A stretch of DNA of 63,890 bases, counting the filler, from Collodictyon triciliatum (Eukaryota), in NCBI GenBank assembly GCA_043381765.1. It is 8 parts of 8 records of this genome, joined end to end, with 100 filler letters (N's around TTAATTAATTAA, not from the genome) between each part and the next. Parts side by side here need not be neighbours in the genome. Positions count along the whole stretch, not along the records: positions 52,242 to 59,754 come from JBHJMP010003367.1; positions 59,855 to 63,890 come from JBHJMP010003478.1; 6 more parts are not named here. The stretch is one strand, 5' to 3'. Under the pieces are notes generated by a model. That model was given only the letters and a program-made list of their open reading frames with translations. It made no database searches and had not been told where the DNA came from. Within the stretch, counting starts at the first letter, position 1. Each line of letters starts with the position of its first letter. The position numbers and the translations under genes are program-made. Positions 54,805 to 63,890 of the stretch are shown here, piece by piece.

Positions 54805-57800
54805 TAATCAATCAATCAATCAATAGTAATTTTATATCCATGAATTGATTGTTGTTTAATAAATATTTTTCTAAGATGTATTAATATAATTTGCTTTATA
54901 CGTTCTTTGGATTCCACCATAATAATGGTGGTGATTTAGGACGGGAGTATTCCCATGGAGTGGCGTTGAGAAACCTCGGGGTTTAGCTATAGCGCTTTGG
55001 GGAATGAAATCTTCCTCGACTTCATAATGAGTGTTTGTTTGCGCATTTCTTTTTGAAGGCCCTTTGGTCTCTACTTTTGACAAAGTGGATTGTAGTTGTG
55101 TATTCTCTGCTCGAAGTTGCTCATAGTCGTATTGCAGAACGCGATGTGACTCCCGTATTTGCTGCTTTATTCGAGCAAGACTTTTAACCTGTTTTCGAGA
55201 CATAGCCCAATTGATAAATCAAATGAATTACAGTTGAAACATGATATTATTTATTTATTATTATTAAAATGCACTGAGCGAATTCAAACTTTAGATATTA
55301 AAAGATAATAGAAGGATATATAATTTTTTAAAAAAGATTTTTTTTTNNNNNNNNNNNNNNNNNNNNNNNNNNNNNNNNNNNNNNNNNNNNNNNNNNNNNN
55401 NNNNNNNNNNNNNNNNNNNNNNNNNNNNNNNNNNNNNNNNNNNNNNNNNNNNNNNNNNNNNNNNNNNNNNNNNNNNNNNNNNNNNNNNNNNNNNNNNNNN
55501 NNNNNNNNNNNNNNNNNNNNNNNNNNNNNNNNNNNNNNNNNNNNNNNNNNNNNNNNNNNNNNNNNNNNNNNNNNNNNNNNNNNNNNNNNNNNNNNNNNNN
55601 NNNNNNNNNNNNNNNNNNNNNNNNNNNNNNNNNNNNNNNNNNNNNNNNNNNNNNNNNNNNNNNNNNNNNNNNNNNNNNNNNNNNNNNNNNNNNNNNNNNN
55701 NNNNNNNNNNNNNNNNNNNNNNNNNNNNNNNNNNNNNNNNNNNNNNNNNNNNNNNNNNNNNNNNNNNNNNNNNNNNNNNNNNNNNNNNNNNNNNNNNNNN
55801 NNNNNNNNNNNNNNNNNNNNNNNNNNNNNNNNNNNNNNNNNNNNNNNNNNNNNNNNNNNNNNNNNNNNNNNNNNNNNNNNNNNNNNNNNNNNNNNNNNNN
55901 NNNNNNNNNNNNNNNNNNNNNNNNNNNNNNNNNNNNNNNNNNNNNNNNNNNNNNNNNNNNNNNNNNNNNNNNNNNNNNNNNNNNNNNNNNNNNNNNNNNN
56001 NNNNNNNNNNNNNNNNNNNNNATTATTATTATTATTATTTTGCATTTAATTGATTCTCATAATTGCTGCTCACCAAAATGAGAGTAGTAAAACTAAAAGA
56101 GAAAAAAGGAATCGAAATAAAAAGAGACACAAGATACAACATATATCTTTCAATACCTGAATTAGTTGTGCCTCCTTGTCTTTTTGGTCAGCTTTTGCCT
56201 TCCAACGACTACACTCGTCTGTTGTTTTTCTCTCCAATACTTCGTAGCGACTCTTAATATTCTTTTCCGAGACAAGGGCAGAGGACAACTGGTATTCAAG
56301 CTTCTTGACCCTATCAAGAGCAGTCGATAGTTCCTGCGAAAGCGTACTAGACTTTGACTCTGAAGCAGAGCGCTCCTGTTCAAACTCCTCCAAAAGTACT
56401 TGCAAGCGAGCCATTTCCAAGGACATTTGTTGGGTTGACACACCATGCGCCTGGACAATGGTCAAGAGTTCTCTGTTTTCCTCTTCCAGATGCTGGTTTT
56501 TTTCTTGAACTGAGGAAACCCGTTGAATCATCGATCGATTCTGCTGTTTCTCTTCCTGTAATGAATAAATTTGCTGTTGACTCTTTTCAAGCTGCGTTTG
56601 AAGCTGAAGACGCATAGACTCTTTTTCGGCTAATGCAGATTGCCAAATAGTTGCAGAGTCCTGCGACTTCTTCCATTCTGATTTCCAGTTATCCAACTCT
56701 CCGAGAAGTCGTCTTTTTTCTGCTTCGTGCTCGCGCATTTTAGTCTCACAAGCTTGAAGACGGCTTGATTGAACCCGCAATTCCTTTTCAAGTTGTTGTA
56801 GTTGAAAGGTAAGCGTCACTTTCTCTTCATCCAAGGCTTGAACCGAAAGTTGCATGCTTCTTATCATGTCTTGACTATTAGATGGCTCTGGTTTAGACTG
56901 ACTAAGCGATTCAATATGTGATTGAAGGCTGGCTATTGTGTCCTGTAGATAAAGCTCTTGCTCCTGAGAGGATGTGATTTTTTCTTCGAGAGATGCCTTT
57001 AATGTTGCTGTGTGGTGTAGCTCAGAGCTCAGCAACAAGTTTTGATCTTTGTTTATCTTTTCACTTGACTGAAGCTGAATCATTTCAGCTGCCAATCGGC
57101 GTCCTTCTTCCTCTAAAGCCCCGGTTTTTTCTTTTTCTTTGGATAGCTGGGCAGTTACGTCCAGAATCCTTGCGTTGAGTTGCTCGCGATTCAGTTGTGA
57201 TTCTCGAAGAAGTTGGGCCATCTGCTCCACTTGACCAAGAAGCTGCTTTTTAGTCTCAGTATTTGATTCTTTCAGTTCATGTAATTCCCTTTTACTCTTA
57301 TCAAGTTCTGCAAGGAGTTGGTCTTTTTCTCCCTGCAGCTGGTTATTGTGTAGAACACAGTCCTGTATTTCTTTTTGAGAAAGGCTAATAAGTTCTTGCT
57401 CCTTTTCCAAGGCACCTTGGAGATCGATGACAGCAGCCTGTAATGTAGCTTTTTCTTGTTGCATCTCCTTCTTTTCTGCCACAAATGTTTCCAATTTTTC
57501 GGCCATGTGTGTCCATTCCTCATCAAAAGAGCGCCGATTCTGCTCTTTCTGCAGTTGCAAGGCGATTTCTTCAACTTTCCTTTCTGATTCATGGGCAGCC
57601 TCTTGAAACGATTGTCTGATTTCCTCGGAGCCCTTCAGCGCTGAAGCAAGTTTCCTTTCAAGTTCAGAGCAGGTGTCTTCTAGCTGGTTGCATTTTCGCT
57701 CTAAGACATCGATGGTAGCTCGTTCTTCCTGGTGAACTCTTTCCGATTCCTCACTTGATTGCCTAGATAACTTTAATTCTCTAAGAAGGGCATTTTTCTC

Positions 57801-59368
57801 ATCAATCACTTTTTGGTTGGCCTCTGACAAAACGCTGTTTTCTTTTTTACAATGCTCTATCGACTGTTCCAGTTGCTTGATTTGAGATGCTATAAAGCTT
57901 TGAGAAAGCTGTTCCTGCTTTGGGTCCCGTTTGAAGGTCTGATTTTCGGCCTCTAAAGATAGCAATCGTTGTTGTTGTTCATTTAATTTACCTTCAAGGG
58001 TAACGGTTTCATTTTTGAGACGAATATTTAACATTTGGAGTTCTTTGTTTCCGTCTTTTAGGGATTCAATTTCCTTTTGTAGACTGCTTATTTGAGAGTC
58101 CCTTATGTCCAACGATTTTTTCAAATCCTCATTGATTTTTTGAGTTTGTAGCAATAAAGACTCTTTGGCTGATAGAGATTGCACTGTAGATTCGAGGGAT
58201 TTATTCATTTCTAAAAGCTCCGTGATTCGATTGTCTTTTTGTCTCTGTATGAGATGGATGTCATGCTCTGTAACTCTAAACGAAGATTGAAGACTCTCAA
58301 ACTCTTGTATGTCTGATTTTATGACATTTTCTTGATTAACCACGCAGAGAGGACCTGTAATATGACTACCGAAGAATGCAGGAGCTACATCATCAGAGCC
58401 CGAATCTTGTGCACCAAAACTTTCAAGTGAATGGGGGTATTCCAAACCGGAAATTTTGGATTGGTCTTGTAATTCAAGGCTGTCGTGATATGGATGCATG
58501 GACTTAGGGTCCTTACTTGTCTCTGCATGTCTTTGAGGTAAAGTGATGGCCGCATTTGAGACTGGAGAGTCTCCATCCATCTGGTCAAATTGATTGGAAA
58601 GGACAGAATGTGATCCGATTGGTGTAACAGCCGCTGGAGCGGGCAAAATAACAGTAGAGGGAGTTGAAATTCCACTGGCATCTAATGTGATACCATTCTT
58701 GTCTGCTACTGAGCTAGGTGGATATATTTCGATTCCACGTGACCTTGAACGATATAAATATTCATCTTCATGGGTAACATCGTTCATGCCTTCAGCTGGC
58801 GCATTAACATTATGAGAAATTTCCATTGAGCCTCTGCCTACTACTGTATTGAAAGGTGTTTTAATAGTGTCATTGGTAATACTGTACGCCACAATCATCG
58901 ATATTGGACAAAAGAATATTTACGAAGCCACGGTGTGGTATCCAACTATCAGAAAAGCGAATACCACAGAATAAATAATTAAATCGAAATAGCAAGGATG
59001 AAATCATAAATATTGCAGAAAACGTACCTTCTTCAGGGACAACATTCGAATCTTCAGTTGGCATACTACGACACAAGTCAATTTGATTTGAAGCAGGATT
59101 TTGACTTCCGTCCGAAGCCACTTGCTCCAGGGGAGTCGGCTTTTCGTTCAAAATTTTCTTCTGTTTCGAGGTAGACTTCTCCTTTAGATCCTTTGAAGAA
59201 CTTAACTTCTTCTGCAGCTACAATGATATGTAGGACCGAATCAGTCAACTGATTATACAAAATATTCGAGTAATTAAGCGAAGGAATAATACATGAATAA
59301 TAAATGAATAAGCAAAGGATGATTACCATCAATCGTGCTTGCGCCAATTTTGCTTCTCTGTCCGACAT
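53270..59368 (-). CDS. Long coiled-coil protein, golgin-like; 3' end uncertain (may extend to about 52570)
   Basis: 942-codon open exon rich in E/Q/K/L heptads; first exon MSDREAKLAQARLM|LQKK; further coiled-coil exons beyond the N gap at 55347-56021. Confidence 0.75.
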
Positions 59369-59646
59369 TTTTTTGGCAGCAACCTGAGCAAGTATTTATA
59401 GGTCGTATGTTCTATCCATCCAAAACTATACTTTCTCTCACCCAACACTTTTCTTTGTTTCATTTTTAAATCACAATTCTATTCTATCACGCAGGATGTG
59501 ATGTTACAACCAAAAGAAACATATTCATGAAAAGACATTTGCTTGCTTTTTTTTTCGATGGAGTTGGGGTTGATTTTGTAGCATTAGACATTTTCGGTTC
59601 GTTCAATAATTCCAATATAAAAAGGAGAAGAGAGAGAAAAGAATTA

Positions 59647-59754
59647 GAGTGAAGAGTAAAGAGTAAAGAGTAAAGAGTAAAGAGTAAAGAGTAAAGAGTA
59701 AAGAGTAAAGAGTAAAGAGTAAAGAGTAAAGAGTAAAGAGTAAAGAGTAAAGAG
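59647..59754. repeat. (GAGTAAA)n heptamer repeat at contig end
   Basis: Directly visible. Confidence 0.9.
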
Positions 59755-59891
59755 NNNNNNNNNNNNNNNNNNNNNNNNNNNNNNNNNNNNNNNNNNNNTT
59801 AATTAATTAANNNNNNNNNNNNNNNNNNNNNNNNNNNNNNNNNNNNNNNNNNNNAAAAAAAAAAAAAAAAAAAAAATTTTAAAATTAATTT

Positions 59892-59939
<48 letters not shown>

Positions 59940-60108
59940 AATATTGCTTGTATGAAAACGTGTGTGTTTGTGTATGAGGACACAATAAAAGATAAAATTG
60001 AAATAAAAAAGAATTAAAAAAAAAAAGGGAAAGGAAAGGGATGAAAGCGGGGTATGCGCGCTTTCCCTACTATGTGAATATGAAAATGATTCATCTGGGT
60101 AAAAGCAA

Positions 60109-63100
60109 TCAATCGACCTCAGGAAGCTGGTCTAGACTGGCCCACGGGCTGTTTTGTGACCGAACGCTGTTGTATATCACAGATGCCTTCTTCTGGGGCG
60201 CACTCGACTTCTCTATGGACCGCTTGATGGCCGCAACCCATGAATTGCGGTCCTCTTTATGGGAGCTCTGATGCGCAAATATTAAGTAATGCATGGTTGG
60301 ATGTGACATAATGACAGCAAAAATCTGGGTGTTAAAGGAGGTTGTCTGATTAGATTGGAAAAAAAAACCTGAAAAAAGTAAGTTCGGCGCGGAACAGTTA
60401 ATGCCAAGCCGTACAGCTCTTTTGGTGGGTCTCGTTCGACAACCTTGGTGTAAGCATAAATTGTATCAGAAGAGTTATCGTGTTTGTTTTGATTATTTTA
60501 AGCGAGAAATAAACAAATAATTTAAAACAAAACAAAACAACCCATCAAAACAAAACAACCCATCAAAACAAAACGAAGAAAACAAAAAAATAAACAAAAA
60601 ATAAACAAAAATCAACATATATTGCATAATTTTAGAAATCTATCTAAAAGAATATGCAACTTCGGCTCCTTTGAGGTTGATTGTCCCTCTCAAGTTCGCC
60701 AGACTTGAGTCCACGTAATAACTGAGTATCCCCTGATTGATATCCAGAATCAGGAATCGCGTCTGCCACTTTGTTCCTCCGATGCCTCCGAGTTTTTGGA
60801 GATAGCCTTGCTTGATGGGGATGTTGTCAAGAGGGAATTCTATGTTGTACAACTGACTGAACCGTGTTGAGCAAAGTTTACACAACCATCGCTTTTGACC
60901 ATTTAAAAGCGAGACAGGTTCCAACCATTCTTTCCAAGAACAGGCAGAGTTGAGCTCTAAAAGATGCTCGTCCCAGCGTCTGACAGTGTGGGACAGATGG
61001 ACGTGTGTATGTGCTGCATCTTCCAGCTCCTTTACATATCTGATTTGTGCTTCCAAATGCTGATGGATTCTGGTGGGCTCTACATCAAACATGCTCCCTG
61101 GGAAGTACAGAAAGCGGTAGATTTTCAGCAAAAAGTTTAGATTGGTTATCAGCAGTCGCCCGTGGGTGGCAATGAATTCTACAGGGTTCTTGATTAAAAA
61201 CGGGGTCATTTGAATAAAGTGAGGTGCATTAGGCCTGTCACATAAAAGAGTCAGTGCCCAGGGTGATTTTTGTTCTTTATCGGTAGAGTAAGAGTCCACA
61301 AGCTCGGATGGCGAGGTTTCGATATCGACATCAACCCAAAAGAAGTTTGGGACGCTCTGTTGTTTGACTTGTTTGTATAATGGTGGATGGGGATATATGA
61401 GTGCTGACGACGTCGTGGATTCTGCGGTGCTGGTAGAGTCTAGAATTTTGCTATCTTTACCTTCGACTCTCTCCGCAGTACCATCCCCATCGATTGAAGT
61501 ATTTGAATCGATTGTTTTTGAGTCACGAGACAGCTCCCAGAGAAGCTCTGTCGGAAAGGATTTCCAATGGCTCCAGAGGAAACTGTGTCCGTACTCACAG
61601 GTGGCCACGGCCTCTGGATGGTCATCTTCAAAGGGAATTTGGATGGCGCCTTTCAAAGGGTCGACCATTTGCAAACTACACAGGGGACACACATGATATT
61701 CTTCGACATCGAGCCCATCAAATGTTTCGTGCACGTGACGGATTCCATTCTGGATTTGTTGCAAGCCTGTCCATGCTGGGTTGCCGAATGAAAAGGACCG
61801 AATCTCAACTACGATGTTTTCCTCAAACGGCAAATATTGAATTTGGACAGCGTAGGATGGAGTGTCTTCTTGCTTTGGATTGCCAGATTCACGCAAGACA
61901 AATACACAGTGGGAGCCACTGTAAAATGATTTGTGGAGGGTTGCTCCAAACTGGCGCGTTTGCACGTCACTGTTAAGACGAGCGAGTATTTGACCAAACA
62001 GCCCTTTTGGAAGAACGTCGTATTTGTAAACATATGTACAAAAAGATAGACAATTCCGAGTAGGTTTGTCAGGCCACAAGTCAGTGGGTGGTGAGCCGTA
62101 GGGTAAAAGTGACGGGAATATCTCTTGTCGAGTACCGGAAGGGAAAGATAGCTGGTACTGTCGGAAGAGCTCCTGGATAAACACTGAGTGATTTGGAAAG
62201 GATGCTTCATATCTTTTGAGAAGCTCTGTTTTCGAGTAAGACCCGATATCAAATGAGCTGCGAAGGAAATTGAATATTTGCAGGAATACCTCCACAAGAA
62301 ACCTAGCATTGCAGACGATGGTGTCTCGGAGATGGGCCTGTCTATGCCAAATCACAATACCAGCATCGTGAAGAAACTGCAGGACGGTTTCTGCATCAAT
62401 CGAGTCTGATATGGACGAAATGAATGTTGAAAATTCTTTTAGTGTGCAGACGGGAATGTCTCTTGTTTTTCCGATGGAATTTACAAAGGATATTATGTCC
62501 CAATATCCATCTGGGATAGGAAAGATGATGTTTTCACATTTGATGATTGCATTGCCGATGGCTGCCTTCAAGAGGTCGATGTTTTCACCGGTCTTATTGC
62601 TCACACCAATAAACTCCTCAAAAGAGATTTTCTTCTTGTATATCTCCATCGACCGGGTAAGGTCTTTGATCCGCATGTCTCTTTCGATGGTGTCTGCACT
62701 AGCAGGGGCATCGACTTTGGTCCCTACAACAATCACTCGTGACTTTGGCGCGATGGCATAAACAATGCCGAGCCAGTCCATCAGTCTGCTTTCGCGATAC
62801 GGAACTGTCAAGTCCCACACAAGAATCACCAGCGCCCCGGCCGACAGAAAGAACGGGTGTGTGATCTGAAACTCGTGCTGACCACCAAAGTCCCATATGG
62901 TCAGATGGACGGGCGAGCCGTCCACGTCCACATTGAACGAGCCGGCCTCCATATTCAACCCGATGGTTGGGATGCTATGCAAGTCGCACGTGCTGGTAAA
63001 CTTTCTGCCTTGAGCCAGAAGCGACCGACACAGTGTGCTTTTCCCGACATTCTGCTCGCCCAGCAGAAGAACCCTGCCGTGGGCCCAGATTTTTGTGCCC

Positions 63101-63624
63101 AGCTTTGCGGCCCGCAGAAACTGAAGAACAGAGCACAGACCGCGGCGGAAGACGTTGAGGGGCGGGTACTTGAGCGGATTCATCTGGACATGAAGCTCCT
63201 CCAGCCGGGTCATGTCGCCCAGGGAGTTTGGCAGGCGCTCGATGCGGTTGAAGCGGATGTCCAGGTGGGTCAGCAGGCGCAGATTGGCGAGGCCTTCGGG
63301 GATTTCGCTGAGGCGATTGGAAAAGAGATCCAGATGGACGAGCAGCGTCAGGCACGAGACGTGGTGGGTGAGCGTGTGGATTTGGTTGTCGGCCAGGCTC
63401 AGGTAAGTCAAGCGTGTCAGGAGAAAGAAGGACTCTGGAAGCTGCACAAGCGCATTGCCGCGCAGACGAAGCAGCTCCAGTTGGGTCAGATGCAGCAGAT
63501 GCTGGGGCAGTTGGAAGAGCAGTCTGTTGGACAGATCCAGAGCACGCAGGCGGACGGCGTGGCAAAGGCGCTGCCCGAGAACCTCGTTTAGATGCACGGC
63601 CTTTGAGAAGGGGGATCGATCCAT
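60109..63624 (-). CDS. Roco protein: LRR-ROC-COR-(Cys/His domain)-PH, no kinase; 3 exons
   Basis: About six LRRs (LxxLxLxxNxL) ending in MNPLKYPP; ROC motifs GEQNVGKST, PTIG, WDFGGQ, GTKVD, VSNK; COR LQFLHDAGIVIW, IFPSLLP, LPKGLFGQILAR; PH KQGYLQKLGG..KWQTRFLIL..LSYY..LRGTINL|..RTYFFQ|SSHKEDRNSWVAAIK. Confidence 0.92.
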
Positions 63625-63817
63625 GGTGGGGTGGCTGCGCGTGTGATCGGTCCGGTGTTTCCAGGGTCGCCTCCTTTGGGCTTTTGTGTGGGGTGTTTGC
63701 TGTGGTCGATGCTTTTGGGGCTTGTCGTGAAACTGGCAAACAGTTTTTTTTTAATATTTCAATTTTTTGTCATAATTTTTTTGTTTTTTTGTTTTTTTTG
63801 TTTTTTTGTTTTTTTTT

Positions 63818-63890
<73 letters not shown>

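Noticed and set aside
59647..59754. (GAGTAAA)n as a telomere
   Set aside because: Lacks G runs and is one of many different simple repeats at contig ends

Overview
Eukaryotic, intron-rich genomic DNA from an aerobic protist (mitochondrial MCU and complex I factor genes; Clu-domain, Roco and soluble-cyclase genes give an amoebozoan-like repertoire, taxon not provable). The window is not one locus. It is eight separate contigs, mostly about 8.6 kb, joined by artificial N44-TTAATTAATTAA-N44 spacers, and nearly every contig ends in a microsatellite. About 18 protein genes can be assembled by hand across spliceosomal introns: copine-like, LEA-like, NPHP3-like TPR, Rab4-like, SPB1, soluble adenylyl cyclase-like, Clu-domain, MCU, type II homoserine kinase, A20/AN1, ankyrin, NHL, EVH1, NDUFA12/NDUFAF2-family, hSac2, Cache-domain cyclase, golgin-like and Roco. 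No RNA genes, CRISPR arrays or transposases were recognised. I did not find a multi-gene novel system, and synteny across spacers is meaningless. Best single-gene leads: a kinase-less LRR-ROC-COR-PH Roco, a catalytically degenerate Cache receptor cyclase, an sAC-like cyclase with Arg-to-His at the transition-state residue, an 11-mer-repeat protein with an acidic 8-Cys tail, and an intron-bearing bacterial-type homoserine kinase. All exon boundaries are manual estimates.
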